DNA from: Candidatus Saccharimonadota bacterium
GTDB lineage: Bacteria; Patescibacteriota; Saccharimonadia; Saccharimonadales; Saccharimonadaceae
DNA length: 32,000 nt
Direction of reading: 5' to 3'
Assembly: GCA_000503915.1 (NCBI GenBank)
Contig: CP006915.1
Coordinates: 90,001 to 122,000 of the forward strand
Below the pieces are notes generated by a model. That model did not search any database, had not been told where the DNA came from, and worked only from the letters and a program-made list of their open reading frames with translations. The translations under genes were made by a program, and so were the position numbers. This document shows, one piece after another, positions 31,968 to 32,000 of the stretch (position 1 is its first letter; each line of letters opens with the position of its first letter).

Positions 31968-32000
31968 GATATGCTTACCTTCCTAAATCACTACAGTTGT

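Overview
The window looks like chromosomal sequence from a small-genome bacterium. The gene content is reminiscent of Patescibacteria/Saccharibacteria, but that is an inference I cannot verify. The housekeeping backbone has one-carbon/folate genes (folD, folC, glyA), murB, an HTH-MurA fusion, a DEAD-box helicase, cutA, a flavodoxin, and an unpaired histidine kinase and receiver-only regulator. It also has six tRNA genes. One of them, tRNA-Lys, has a 3' end that does not pair with its 5' end. A type IV pilus block spans 10.1-14.9 kb: three overlapping pilin-like genes, the last a 622-aa protein with two CBM-like modules, then three tandem major-pilin paralogs. A tRNA-bounded variable region spans about 18.3-24.7 kb. 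It holds two secreted SGNH/GDSL hydrolase paralogs sharing a 634-bp identical block, small AT-rich membrane-protein genes, a frameshifted Nudix gene and an AlaX-like gene. These are separated by five same-orientation copies of a ~40-nt repeat. A translationally coupled thiol/copper-type operon lies at 27.6-30.2 kb, divergent from an ArsR-YHS regulator. I recognised no rRNA, CRISPR array, transposase or integrase. The most unusual signals are: (1) a ~70-nt conserved core inside sequence-variable long helices, present twice, each time directly after a stop codon; (2) the cassette-boundary repeat family; (3) many genes with an extended -10 box 6-8 nt upstream of the start codon, suggesting leaderless expression.
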